Shown here: in pieces, positions 40,341 through 50,546 of the stretch
Layout: every line of letters starts with the position of its first letter
Position numbering within the stretch: the stretch's first letter is position 1
From: Patescibacteria group bacterium
GTDB lineage: Bacteria; Patescibacteriota; Patescibacteriia; Patescibacteriales; UBA12075
Direction: 5' to 3'
Assembly: GCA_018897195.1 (NCBI GenBank)
Contig: JAHILH010000004.1
Coordinates: forward strand, 149,678-209,049
DNA: 59,372 nucleotides
Notes under the pieces: model-generated
The model's database searches: none
What the model saw: the letters and a program-made list of their open reading frames with translations, nothing else
What the model was told of the DNA's origin: nothing
Position numbers and translations under genes: made by a program

Positions 40341-42596
40341 TTATCGTCTTGGTGGTCGACTGTCTCCGCCGCGGCTATTATTATAACCGCCTGGACGTGG
40401 TCCACGCTCAGGAGCAGGACCGGTTTGCATACCCTTCTTATCTTTCCAGATATTTTCATTTTCCGGAAGTCCATTCATGGTAAGATTAACACGACCCTTG
40501 TCGTCAATTTCAGCGATGCGGACATAAACTTCGTCACCGATGTTTAACACATCACTAGGCTTGCCAACGCGGTAAGGAGCCATGTTGCTCACGTGTACCA
40601 TGCCGTCTCGACCGGGTGCTAATTCAACGAAAACACCGAAGTCCATAAAGCGAACTGCTTTACCTTTGAGAATTTCACCAACTTCAAATTCTCGAGTCAA
40701 ATCTTTGACCCAAGCCACTGCTCTTGTCATGCCGTCTGCATCAGTTGAACAAATCATCACTAAGCCATCATCGTCGATGTCAATTGATACACCAGTCTCT
40801 TCAATAATTTTGTTGATAATTTTTCCACCAGATCCAATAACGTCTCTGATTTTTTCAGGATTAATACGGAAGCTTTCAATTCTAGGAGCGTATTTAGATA
40901 GTTCTGCTCTTGGTGCTGCTAATGATTGTTTCATGATTTCTAAAATCTCCAAACGACCATTACGACCTTTTTTCAAAGCTTCTTTAATAATTTCACGAGT
41001 AATACCATTTGTCTTGGTGTCTAATTGAATAGCAGTAATACCATCTTCAGTTCCAGTTACCTTGAAATCCATACCACCCTTACCATCTTCTAAATCTTGG
41101 ATGTCAGTTAATACTTCCCATTCACTCATATCATCATTGGAAGCAAGACCGATAGCCAAACCAGCGACAGCCTTTTTAATTGGCACACCAGCATCCATTA
41201 AGGATAAACAAGCGGCTACAGTAGAAGCCATTGAACTAGAACCATTAGAGCCCATAGTTTCACTGACAACACGAATAGTGTAAGGGAAGTCTTCCTTTGA
41301 AGGAAGAACAGGCTCTAAAGCTTTTTCTGCTAAAGCGCCATGACCAATGTCTCTTCGTCCTGGACCACGCATAAAGCCAGTTTCACCAACAGAAAAAGGT
41401 GGGAAGTTGTAGTGATGCATAAATCTCTTTGTGCTCACACCCTCTAAACCCTCTAAGTGCTGAACTAATCCAGGCGCGCCTAGAGTAGTGACTGATAAGA
41501 CTTGAGTTTCACCACGAGAGAAAAGACCAGCACCATGATTTCTTGGCAGGATTTCGACATCTGCTTCGAGCGCTCTGATTTCGTCAATACGACGACCATC
41601 AACACGTCTTTTATTTTTGGTAATCTGTTTAGTAATTTCAGCATCAATAGCGGCCTCAACTGTTTTCTTGACGGCGAATGCACGGTGATCCTTGCCAATT
41701 CCTTCATTGAATAAATAATCATCAAGATCATGTTTGATAATTTCCACAGCTAACTTTCTTTCACCCTTGGTGTAATGTTCTTTATTAAATAAAGTTTTTT
41801 CAACGTTTTGTGCTAACCACGCGTTTGCTTTTACGATTAACGCTTCTTTTTCTTCACCAGATTTGATTTCATCATCAGAAATATTTTTAGCAAAAATTGT
41901 TTTTACCCTTGGTTGAATTGCGGCCTTAAATTCATTGATCAGTTTAATCGCACCTTGCATTTGTTCTTGACCTTGAATAATTGCCTCGTACATATCATCT
42001 TCATTAACTTCCTTGGCACCAGCTTCAATCATAATTGTTTTGTCAGCAGTACCGGCCACGATTAAATCTAAATCAGACTCTGCTCGTTCAAGGTAGGTTG
42101 GGTTAAAAATAAATTTACCATCAACGCGACCAACACGAATACCAGCGATTGGACCATCCCACTTTACACCTGACACTGAAAGAGCTGCCGAAGCTGCCAC
42201 TAGGGCAACGATATCAAAATCATTTTCACCATCAGCGGATAAGACAGTTAGAATTACTTGTGTGTCTTTTCGAGATACACCAGTAAACAAAGGTCTGATT
42301 GAACGATCAACCATACGACCGGAAAGAATTGCTTCATCAGTCGGACGACCTTCACGTTTAACCCAACGAGAGCCTTTGATAATGCCAGCGGCATAAAGCT
42401 TTTCTTCGAAGTCAACGCTCAAAGGAAAGTAATCTATTCCTTCACGGTCATTTTTTGATTCAACAACAGTGGCTAAAACCACAGTGTCACCGTATTGTAC
42501 AATAACAGCGGCATCAGCTTGTTGGGCAAGTTTGCCAGTCTTGAATGTTAGAGGACGACCAAGCCACTCTGTTGCAAAGATTTGTTCTTTGGACAT
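40341..42596 (-). CDS. pnp: Polyribonucleotide nucleotidyltransferase (PNPase)
   Basis: FSRGETQ, HHYNFPPFSVGE, SNGSSSMAS, GMDFKV, KH and S1 domains; start at MSKEQ. Confidence 0.98.
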   Translation of the reverse strand: MSKEQIFATEWLGRPLTFKTGKLAQQADAAVIVQYGDTVVLATVVESKNDREGIDYFPLSVDFEEKLYAAGIIKGSRWVKREGRPTDEAILSGRMVDRSIRPLFTGVSRKDTQVILTVLSADGENDFDIVALVAASAALSVSGVKWDGPIAGIRVGRVDGKFIFNPTYLERAESDLDLIVAGTADKTIMIEAGAKEVNEDDMYEAIIQGQEQMQGAIKLINEFKAAIQPRVKTIFAKNISDDEIKSGEEKEALIVKANAWLAQNVEKTLFNKEHYTKGERKLAVEIIKHDLDDYLFNEGIGKDHRAFAVKKTVEAAIDAEITKQITKNKRRVDGRRIDEIRALEADVEILPRNHGAGLFSRGETQVLSVTTLGAPGLVQHLEGLEGVSTKRFMHHYNFPPFSVGETGFMRGPGRRDIGHGALAEKALEPVLPSKEDFPYTIRVVSETMGSNGSSSMASTVAACLSLMDAGVPIKKAVAGLAIGLASNDDMSEWEVLTDIQDLEDGKGGMDFKVTGTEDGITAIQLDTKTNGITREIIKEALKKGRNGRLEILEIMKQSLAAPRAELSKYAPRIESFRINPEKIRDVIGSGGKIINKIIEETGVSIDIDDDGLVMICSTDADGMTRAVAWVKDLTREFEVGEILKGKAVRFMDFGVFVELAPGRDGMVHVSNMAPYRVGKPSDVLNIGDEVYVRIAEIDDKGRVNLTMNGLPENENIWKDKKGMQTGPAPERGPRPGGYNNSRGGDSRPPRR

Positions 42597-42740
42597 AATT
42601 TTGAATTCAAAATAAAAAGATTCGAAAAGAACCATTTTGTTTTGAATTATTTATACTTGGTCACGAGATTCAAGAACAGGTGAAGAGTTTCACGAGTGCT
42701 CACTATCTAGCGGCCAAGTAGTTTATTAAATTAAGTATCG

Positions 42741-42786
42741 GGTTGAGGAAAATGAATTCCCAACCATACAAAAAACTTACAGTTTT
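42741..42786. other. Two-hairpin motif, copy 1 (in pnp upstream region)
   Basis: GGTTGAGGAAAATGAATTCCCAACCATACAAAAAACTTACAGTTTTT; near-identical to 48054-48100. Confidence 0.65.
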
Positions 42787-42841
42787 TATATTAAATACTT
42801 TTGAAAGAAGGCGAATTAATTCGCCTTCAATTAAAAATATT

Positions 42842-43339
42842 TTATCGCATTAAAAATCTTTTATCTTCACCAAGGTCTAAGTAGTCATCGGCCTCTTCAA
42901 TTAATTTTGAAGAAGTAGTTTTTTTGAAACCAACCACTTCAACAATACAACCCTTAGTGTTTTGAATGTAGGCAAGGAGTGGTAGATAATCACCGTCACC
43001 AGAAACAATAATAATAACATCAACCTTGTCGGCAATTTTAATCGCATCCATGGCAATCCCAACATCCCAATCACCCTTTTTGGCACCACCGGCAAAAACC
43101 TGCAAGTCTTTCATTTTTACCTCAAAGCCCTGTTGAGACAAAGCTTCAAAGAATGGCGTTTCTTCTTTGGTTTCCGTGTTAACGACATAGGCAGTAGCCC
43201 GAATTAGTTTACGTCCGGCAACCGCTTTTTTTAAAATCTCACCAAAATTTACTTTTTTCTTGTAAAGATTTTTGGCGGAATGATACATATTGGAGACGTC
43301 TACCAAGACGCCTACTCTTTGGTCTTTGTGTTTTATCAT
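42842..43339 (-). CDS. NYN-domain (LabA/DUF88) protein
   Basis: VDVSNM, KGDWDVGIAMD, SGDGDY, EADDYLD. Confidence 0.92.
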   Translation of the reverse strand: MIKHKDQRVGVLVDVSNMYHSAKNLYKKKVNFGEILKKAVAGRKLIRATAYVVNTETKEETPFFEALSQQGFEVKMKDLQVFAGGAKKGDWDVGIAMDAIKIADKVDVIIIVSGDGDYLPLLAYIQNTKGCIVEVVGFKKTTSSKLIEEADDYLDLGEDKRFLMR

Positions 43340-43459
43340 GTGAGTGTAATGCTAATCCGCTAATTAATGCCAATCTGCGAATTGCGAATATTATTTGAGT
43401 ATTATTAGATTGTTTCATCGCTTCATAGTTTATGAAGCGATGTGATAATGTAATAATGT

Positions 43460-43843
43460 TTATTCTTCGTCCTTGTCTTTTACATCTTCTGTTTCTTCTT
43501 CCTCTTCTTCTACATCTTCTTTCATTACTTCTTCTAATTTTCTTTTTTCCTCTTCGTCGTCTTCAATCATTTTCTTAGCGATTTTCAATTTTAACTTGAT
43601 AGCTAAGTCTTTAAATTGTTCTTCGTTTTCTTTTTGTAAGTATTTAAGAAGTCTTCTTCTTTCGCCTACTTTCTTTAACAAACCTCTTCGTGAAGAGTGA
43701 TCATGCTTGTGTTCTTTTAAGTGGTCAGCTAATTGCTTGATTTCTTCAGTTAAAATAGCGATTTGTACTTGAGTAGAACCAGTGTCGTTCTTATGAACTT
43801 TGAATTTATTAATGATTTTCTGCTTGGTATTTTTGTCCAGCAT
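43460..43843 (-). CDS. rpsO: 30S ribosomal protein S15 with acidic C-terminal extension
   Basis: [13 protein letters not shown]...[22 protein letters not shown]. Confidence 0.97.
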   Translation of the reverse strand: MLDKNTKQKIINKFKVHKNDTGSTQVQIAILTEEIKQLADHLKEHKHDHSSRRGLLKKVGERRRLLKYLQKENEEQFKDLAIKLKLKIAKKMIEDDEEEKRKLEEVMKEDVEEEEEETEDVKDKDEE

Positions 43844-44136
43844 AGTTTTGCTCCCCGACCGAGAAAAGGATGTTTATCTCCTGAACCAAGAAAGGGTTTT
43901 TGTTAGAATTCGAAACATAAATTTCGAATAAATAAATAAAAACAAGAATTATTCTTGCTCGCTTATAATAACATTAATGCGTAAAAAAATCAAGGTTTAG
44001 AATTACCGTCTTTTTAATACAGTTTTTTGACATTATTTCTTTAATTTTAGCCATAATCACCAAATATTGACTTTTTCGTCATAATTTGTTAAATTATGTT
44101 CATTGCCAAGTGTTTGGCAATTTTTATTTTACATCC

Positions 44137-44208
44137 GCGCCTATAGTTCAGTGGATAGAACACCAGCCTTCTAAGCTGGTTACAGGAGTTCGATTCTCTT
44201 TGGGCGCA
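44137..44208 (+). tRNA. tRNA-Arg(TCT)
   Basis: GCGCCTA/TGGGCGC stem; anticodon arm CCAGC-CTTCTAA-GCTGG. Confidence 0.94.
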
Positions 44209-44262
44209 CATAATCAATTATTTGTTCAAAATACCTTTTTTGATGTATAATTGAGAATACAT

Positions 44263-44335
44263 GGTGGCTATGGTTTAACGGTTAGAACATTGGCTTGTGG
44301 TGCCAATTGAGAGGGTTCGATTCCCTCTAGCCACC
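44263..44335 (+). tRNA. tRNA-His(GTG)
   Basis: G-1 followed by GTGGCTA/TAGCCAC-C; anticodon loop TTGTGGT. Confidence 0.94.
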
Positions 44336-44385
44336 CAGATACTAAAAAACGAGCATTATTGCTCGTTTTTTGTTATAATAAAGTT

Positions 44386-45558
44386 ATGAAAAATATTATT
44401 GAAGATTGCTATCAGCAATCAATAGCTTTATTGCTTAAAAACTCATCTAAATACGGAATTTTAGCGTCTTCAAAAACAAAGAAAGCGGAGGAGAGAAATT
44501 ATTTAAGCATTTTTGGGCGGGATGCTTCGATTTGTTCATTTGGAATGATTTTGAGCGGGGATAAAAAATTAATCAAAGCCGCCGAGAATAGTGTTGAAAC
44601 GTTGGCGAAGTATCAAGCTAAAAACGGGCAGATCGCTTTTTATGTTAAGCCCGAAAAAAAGGAAGCAGATTTTTGGTTTACTGGTTGTATTGATTCAACG
44701 CTGTGGTGGTTGTTGGCGATTGATTTTTTAAAGACGCGCAACAGTTATGATACTAAAAAATTGCAAACCAAAATTGCCAAAGCAATTAACTGGTTGCAGT
44801 GCCAAGAACATCAAAAATTTTATTTATTGCAACAAAATGAAGCGAGTGATTGGGCAGATATTATGCCACGGTCCGGTTTTGTGCTTTATACGAACGCACT
44901 TTGGTATTGGGTGAAAAAAGTGTATAAGCTAGAAAAAACCGAAGAGACTAAAAAATATTTTAATTATGTTTTTGATAATGATCGCCAGGTTTCAAAAAAG
45001 GAGCTGGACTCTAATCCGCGCTTAGAAAAGTTTTTGAAATATATTAAAACCGATAAGGCAAATCCAACTTATTTAAGTTTTGTTAATCATTCATTTGCCG
45101 GGCACGAGGTTGATATTTTTGGAAACATTTTGGCGGGCATGGTTGGTGTCGCCGACGAAGGCAAGGTAAAGAAAATTATTAAATATTTAAAAGACAAAAA
45201 AGCTAATCAGCCCTATCCAGTCAAGACGGTTTTGCAACCGATTAAAAAGAAAGATAAGCTCTGGCGTGATTATATGTCGCACCTGGATCTTGATTTGCCA
45301 AATCAATATCACAACGGCGGAATCTGGCCCTTTATTGGTGGCTTTTGGTCAACATTTTTGGAGGGAGTTGGTGATAAAAAAAATGCCTTACTGGAGTTAG
45401 AAAAATTGGCTGAATTAAATAAGATTGGTGATTGGGGATTTAATGAGTGGTTTGATGGCAAACAAGCTAAGCCAATGGGGATGTCGGGACAATCATGGAA
45501 TGCGGCAATGTTTATTGTGGCTTATCATGTGATTATAAAAAAAGGAAAAAAGCTATAA
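44386..45558 (+). CDS. Glycoside hydrolase, GH100 (alkaline/neutral invertase)-like
   Basis: IFGRDASI, IDSTLWW, YHNGGIWP, FNEW...QSWNAA. Confidence 0.8.
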   Translation: MKNIIEDCYQQSIALLLKNSSKYGILASSKTKKAEERNYLSIFGRDASICSFGMILSGDKKLIKAAENSVETLAKYQAKNGQIAFYVKPEKKEADFWFTGCIDSTLWWLLAIDFLKTRNSYDTKKLQTKIAKAINWLQCQEHQKFYLLQQNEASDWADIMPRSGFVLYTNALWYWVKKVYKLEKTEETKKYFNYVFDNDRQVSKKELDSNPRLEKFLKYIKTDKANPTYLSFVNHSFAGHEVDIFGNILAGMVGVADEGKVKKIIKYLKDKKANQPYPVKTVLQPIKKKDKLWRDYMSHLDLDLPNQYHNGGIWPFIGGFWSTFLEGVGDKKNALLELEKLAELNKIGDWGFNEWFDGKQAKPMGMSGQSWNAAMFIVAYHVIIKKGKKL

Positions 45559-45980
45559 AATGGCTAATAATAAAGAAACCAAACATTAAAAGTGTTATAC
45601 ATTTTGGTCTCATACGTACTATTAAGTAGAGGGGATATGAAAATATCGTCATGGAATATTAAAAGGAGTTTTAAAATGAGGATGAATAAATATATCTCCC
45701 ACACCATACAAAAAAGTATGGTGACTTCTTGTTTTGGGCTTAATTTATTTTTAAAATTCACGGCTACTTTAATAAATTATTTATTTGCGTTATTGTTGAG
45801 GTGAAAATAAAATTAATTTTTACTTAAACAAAAAAAAGAATTAAACATGTTTGGATTTACAAAAAGAGTGATTTTGAAAAAAATCACTCTTTTTGTAAAT
45901 AATTAAAATTAAAGTCGGATATGTTTTGTTTCCAATAAGTTTTGTGCTATAATATTAAAATAATAAATTAAATAAGGAGT

Positions 45981-47081
45981 ATGAAAAAATATTTTTTTAG
46001 ATTTTTAACCCTAGGAGTCGTGGTGGCCGTTGCTTTCCCTTTTTATGCCCAGTTTTTTGTAAATTATAAAGATGGAATGTTTATTTGGTTTGTGATTGGT
46101 TGCTTGGTGGCCGGCATGATAATTGGTGTTGGTAATTTTGTAATGTTTAAATATTCTTTAAAAAAATTTATTAGCAAAATATCAAAAAAATTACTTGACG
46201 AGTCGAAGGAGTTGCAAGAAAAAAGCAGCTTAGTTAAAAACGATATTGCTAAAATTTATACAATGTTTTCTGATATTATTTCTAGTCTAGGTGACGAACA
46301 GGACAAGATGAGAGTGGTGCAAATGGCATGTTCTACTTTTTTGGGACAGATAACTGACATAAATAATTCTATTAATACGGCGGCGAATGAAACCGGTTCC
46401 CAATCTGCTAAGACGATTGAGTTTATTGCGGAAAGCACAAAGGATTCAAAACAAGCAGAGAAAGAATTGGAAAATATTAAACTAGTGGTTAACTCCTTGG
46501 GCGAGGTTATTGAAAAGCTCTGGTTGAAAGTGGATAAAATGAGTAATATGGTTGGTCTCATTAAAGAGGTTTCAGAACAAACAAATTTATTATCTTTAAA
46601 CGCCGCGATCGAAGCGGCACGAGCTGGTGAGTATGGACGTGGGTTTTCTGTGGTGGCAGATGAAGTGAGAAAATTGGCTGATGGATCATCGACGACATCT
46701 GAGGAGATAACTAGTGTTATAAATAAAATGAAAGAAGAGATGACTAGTTCCCGTGATAATTTAGCGGAAGAAATAAAGGCCATTGATGAAAGTGCAAGGA
46801 AAATTACTAAAACCTTAAATTCAATTGGGGTCATTGGGGGGTTTGCACAAAAATCAGTTGATAATGTTAATTTGATTTCTAGTTTGACAACTAGCCAGGG
46901 AACGAATTCGAGTAGTATTTCACAAAACGTAAATGAAGTTTCAGAGATCTCAAATAAAAACACGTTGTCCATTAAAAAAGCCTCTTCTTTGTTGGGGTCA
47001 ATTAATGATAATGCAATCAGCTTAGATAACACTTCGGAAGAATTAAATGAAGTGATATTACTGTTGCAATCCTTGAGCTAA
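45981..47081 (+). CDS. Methyl-accepting chemotaxis protein
   Basis: Two N-terminal TM helices and the signalling tip [34 protein letters not shown]. Confidence 0.95.
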   Translation: MKKYFFRFLTLGVVVAVAFPFYAQFFVNYKDGMFIWFVIGCLVAGMIIGVGNFVMFKYSLKKFISKISKKLLDESKELQEKSSLVKNDIAKIYTMFSDIISSLGDEQDKMRVVQMACSTFLGQITDINNSINTAANETGSQSAKTIEFIAESTKDSKQAEKELENIKLVVNSLGEVIEKLWLKVDKMSNMVGLIKEVSEQTNLLSLNAAIEAARAGEYGRGFSVVADEVRKLADGSSTTSEEITSVINKMKEEMTSSRDNLAEEIKAIDESARKITKTLNSIGVIGGFAQKSVDNVNLISSLTTSQGTNSSSISQNVNEVSEISNKNTLSIKKASSLLGSINDNAISLDNTSEELNEVILLLQSLS

Positions 47082-47142
47082 ATTTAATAGTAAGATAAAA
47101 AAAACACCTCTCACGTGGGAGGTGTTTTTTTGTTGAGGAAAT

Positions 47143-47940
47143 TTATTTTAATAAGTAGAAGGTGATAATTATTATGCCTAGTCCAAGACGATACCAGAAG
47201 AAAATTCCGTAGCCGTATTTTTCTAGAAATTTTAATAAATATTTAATAGCTAGGTAGCCAAAAATGGCGGAAGCCAAGATGCCGACCAGAAGAGATGAAT
47301 CTAGGTTGGTTGCAAGAAGTTTTGGTAGCTTCAGGATTGCTGAGCCCATAATAATTGGTGTTGATAGTAAAAAAGAAAAGCGAGCGGCATTAGCACGGTT
47401 GAAATTTTTAAATAAGCCTGCTGTAATAGTAATGCCTGATCGAGAAATTCCAGGAATAATTGCGAGTGCTTGGAACAACCCAATAATAACGGAATCTTTC
47501 AAGGTGACGTCTTTTAATTCCTTGTTGCCTTTGTGTTTTTTGTCAGCCCAATATAGTAAGGTGCCGGCTAAGATTAAAGCGGTAGCAATAACCAAGGGGG
47601 AGCGAAAAATGGTTTCCGCTTTTTTTTCAAATAATAAACCAAATAAAACTCCAGGGATGGTGCCAATGATTAGATAGAAAAGCAATTCCTTTTTAAAACT
47701 TTTAATACCATCCTTTTTTAAATTCACAAGCGCGCTTGAAAAAATATTTATCCAGTCTTTCCAAAAAAAAGCTAAGACAGCGATTAGAGTGCCGACATGG
47801 AGGGCGATATCAAAGGTTAAGCCAGGATCAGCCCAGCCGGTAAAATAGGGAATAAGAACGAGATGAGCCGTTGATGAGATTGGTAAAAATTCGCCAACAC
47901 CTTGAATGGCGCCAAATATAATTGATTGGATGATGGTCAT
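47143..47940 (-). CDS. uppP: Undecaprenyl-diphosphate phosphatase
   Basis: QGVGEFLPISSTAHL, PGISRSG, ARFSFLLS. Confidence 0.97.
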   Translation of the reverse strand: MTIIQSIIFGAIQGVGEFLPISSTAHLVLIPYFTGWADPGLTFDIALHVGTLIAVLAFFWKDWINIFSSALVNLKKDGIKSFKKELLFYLIIGTIPGVLFGLLFEKKAETIFRSPLVIATALILAGTLLYWADKKHKGNKELKDVTLKDSVIIGLFQALAIIPGISRSGITITAGLFKNFNRANAARFSFLLSTPIIMGSAILKLPKLLATNLDSSLLVGILASAIFGYLAIKYLLKFLEKYGYGIFFWYRLGLGIIIITFYLLK

Positions 47941-48053
47941 AATATAAGTTTAAAAATAATATTCCTTTTTATTATATCATGGGTGCAAAAAAAGACTACC
48001 CATTTAAAGGTAGTCTTTTTTTTATAGAAAGTATTAATTGATAACTCTTTTGC

Positions 48054-48100
48054 GGTAGAGGAAGATGAATTCCCAACCATACAAAAAATCTATGATTTTT
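48054..48100. other. Two-hairpin motif, copy 2 (3' of the CxxC-x17-CxxC gene)
   Basis: GGTAGAGGAAGATGAATTCCCAACCATACAAAAAATCTATGATTTTT. Confidence 0.65.
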
Positions 48101-48114
48101 TAATCTTTTTCTAA

Positions 48115-48294
48115 TTAAAACTGTCTAGGACGACGGTTTTGATTTTTTGCCTTGTGACAATCTCTGCAGTATAGCGGTCTGTCTCCATCTGGTTGAAATG
48201 GAAGCTCTGTGATTTTTGCTCCACATTGAGAACAACTCCAGTCGCCTGCGATCATTTGTCTGTCAGCAAAATTATTATTGTTTTGGCTGTACAT
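48115..48294 (-). CDS. CxxC-x17-CxxC zinc-ribbon protein
   Basis: CSQCG..I.ELPFQPDGDRPLYCRDC. Confidence 0.9.
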   Translation of the reverse strand: MYSQNNNNFADRQMIAGDWSCSQCGAKITELPFQPDGDRPLYCRDCHKAKNQNRRPRQF

Positions 48295-48382
48295 TACTTT
48301 TTTATACAAAAATCAATTGCTTAATCTTTGCACATTTTTATTTAATTATAAATACATGCTAGCATTAATATGCAGAAAAGTC

Positions 48383-48426
48383 AATATTAAAAACAGCTCT
48401 GAATACTCAGAGCTGTTTTTAATATT
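48383..48426. terminator. Intrinsic terminator after the small ORF
   Basis: AATATTAAAAACAGCTCTGA-ATAC-TCAGAGCTGTTTTTAATATT perfect hairpin. Confidence 0.75.
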
Positions 48427-48428
48427 GT

Positions 48429-48605
48429 CTAGGATAAGAATTGGAGGGTGAATACGATCAGATAGGTGTAAACCGAGCTTACTGCCAGGGCAATAATGGC
48501 AAAGTCTTTATTAAAGACGTGTTTGTGAGCTGGAGCTTGAATAGCTTCAGCAACAGAAGTTGCAACGTTCGTGGTAACTTCCGCGTTTAATGCTTGTGGT
48601 TCCAT
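48429..48605 (-). CDS. 58-aa small protein with C-terminal TM helix (absent from the ORF track)
   Basis: MEPQALNAEVTTNVATSVAEAIQAPAHKHVFNKDFAIIALAVSSVYTYLIVFTLQFLS; flanked by a promoter (48794-48766) and a terminator. Confidence 0.65.
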   Translation of the reverse strand: MEPQALNAEVTTNVATSVAEAIQAPAHKHVFNKDFAIIALAVSSVYTYLIVFTLQFLS

Positions 48606-48951
48606 ATTTTTGTTTTTGTTTTTACTTCGCCAAGCCGTAGCTTTACGAAGGATGGTTTTTTATAAAATATGTATATTATTTGATGAAAATTTATTAAAAT
48701 AGCTTTTTCTAATAAAGTTTTGCCGAATAATATAGTTTGTCAAAGAGCAAATCACTCATAAAATCAGTATAGCACATCGGGGCAAAAAAGTCAATTGTGG
48801 ATAAGCAATTATTGGCTTATGTTAAACAAAATATCGTAGAAATTTTAATGAATAAATACTTAAAAAATGTCTAAAAACAACCCAATCTTTTTTTATTTTT
48901 GGAATAATTTTTTTTGTGATATAATGGATTTATAAGTATTAAAGATTTTTT

Positions 48952-49944
48952 ATGGACTTGAGAAAAATGAATGAAATATTGGCTAATGAGCCTGGATTTC
49001 GCTATAAACAGATTGAAAAAGCGATTTATGCTGATTTTGTGGAGAATTGGGACGAGATTACGAACTTACCAAAAAAAATACGTGAAGAGTTAGCCAAAAA
49101 CTGTCAGCTGGCGGTTGAGGCACAGCTTTTTACAACTAAAAACAAGACGCAAAAGGCAGTGGTCACCTTAAATGATGGTGAAAGAATCGAAACAGTTTTA
49201 TTGCGTCATAAAGATGGACGGAATACGGTTTGTGTATCTTCTCAAGTGGGTTGTGCCCTTGGTTGCGAATTTTGTGCGACCGGAACTATGGGCTTGAAGC
49301 GGAATTTGGAAGTTGTTGAGATTGTAGAACAAGTTTTACTTTTTGCGCGAATATTAAAAAAAGAGGAAGAAAACAAGGGTATTACCAATGTTGTGTTTAT
49401 GGGTATGGGTGAGCCGTTTATGAATTATGATAATGTGATTAAGTCGATCATGATTTTAAATGATAAAGATAAGTTTAATATTGGGGCACGAAAAATTTCA
49501 ATTTCAACTTCTGGTCTAATTGATGGCATCAAGAAGTTAGCAAAGGAAGATTTGCAGGTGAACTTGGCTGTTTCCTTACATGCGCCCAATGAGGCATTGC
49601 GCACTTCTTTAATGCGGGTAAATAAGAAGAACTCGCTAGAAAGATTGCTTGAGGCGGTTGATTATTACATTGAAAAGACTTCACGCAAGGTGATGTTTGA
49701 ATATATGATGATCAAAGATGTAAACGATCAGGATATTCATGCTCGTGAATTAGCGGGTATAATGAATAAGCATTTATATTTGGTTAATCTGATATCATAT
49801 AACCCAACTGGGAAGTTTAAGGCTAGTGATAAGAAAAGAATTGAAAGATTTAAACATATTTTGGGAACAAATGGCGTGGAGGTAACAGAGCGCTATGGTT
49901 TTGGCCAAGATATTTCCGCTGCCTGCGGACAATTGGTGGCTTAA
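48952..49944 (+). CDS. rlmN: 23S rRNA (adenine-C2)-methyltransferase RlmN
   Basis: CVSSQVGCALGCEFC, MGMGEP, SLHAP, AACGQL. Confidence 0.97.
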   Translation: MDLRKMNEILANEPGFRYKQIEKAIYADFVENWDEITNLPKKIREELAKNCQLAVEAQLFTTKNKTQKAVVTLNDGERIETVLLRHKDGRNTVCVSSQVGCALGCEFCATGTMGLKRNLEVVEIVEQVLLFARILKKEEENKGITNVVFMGMGEPFMNYDNVIKSIMILNDKDKFNIGARKISISTSGLIDGIKKLAKEDLQVNLAVSLHAPNEALRTSLMRVNKKNSLERLLEAVDYYIEKTSRKVMFEYMMIKDVNDQDIHARELAGIMNKHLYLVNLISYNPTGKFKASDKKRIERFKHILGTNGVEVTERYGFGQDISAACGQLVA

Positions 49945-49971
49945 AATTAAATAATTTAGTATAATATTATT

Positions 49972-50526
49972 ATGAGACATGATACAGGGGGAAACAATTT
50001 AATTGATGTTAATTATGTATTGGATAAAGCTGGAATTGGCGATAAGATGAATATTGCCGATTTAGGTTGTGGATCCACTGGTCGTTATGTCTTTGAAGCA
50101 TCAAGATTGGTTGGTAAAAATGGAATAGCTTATGCGGTTAATATTTTAAAACCGACCCTGGAGGTGGTGTCTAGAAGGGCTAGGCAGGAAAATGTGACAA
50201 ATGTTAAGACAGTTTGGAGTGATTTGGAGGTGTATAATGCCACCAAAATTGAAAGTGGTAGCCTGGACGTGACTTTATTAATAACTATGTTATTTCAAAG
50301 TACAAAAAGAGCTGAGGTTCTAAGAGAGGCGATTCGGTTAACAAAGAAAAATGGAAAGATATTAATTGTAGAGTGGAAGAATATTGCTTTACCATTTGGT
50401 CCGCCGATTGAGGCACGAGTAAAAAAAGATATGTTAATTGAGGCTGGCAAGAGATTGGGTTTAAAGCTGGAGGAAGATTTTGTTGTTGGTGATTATCATT
50501 ATGGCTTGATTTTTTCAAAAATCTAA
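49972..50526 (+). CDS. Class I SAM-dependent methyltransferase
   Basis: IADLGCGSTG motif I; GKILIVEW...FGPP. Confidence 0.9.
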   Translation: MRHDTGGNNLIDVNYVLDKAGIGDKMNIADLGCGSTGRYVFEASRLVGKNGIAYAVNILKPTLEVVSRRARQENVTNVKTVWSDLEVYNATKIESGSLDVTLLITMLFQSTKRAEVLREAIRLTKKNGKILIVEWKNIALPFGPPIEARVKKDMLIEAGKRLGLKLEEDFVVGDYHYGLIFSKI

Positions 50527-50546
50527 AAACTTTTCATAAAACATGC

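Noticed and set aside
40196..41731. Several short ORFs overlapping pnp
   Set aside because: Alternative-frame or antisense shadows of a highly conserved gene.
45564..45804. Two small overlapping ORFs (65 and 70 aa)
   Set aside because: No recognisable motifs and AT-rich; neither can be supported, although a plus-strand start at 45637 has a purine-rich upstream sequence.
46256..47032. 258-aa minus-strand ORF
   Set aside because: Antisense shadow of the MCP gene with no motifs of its own.
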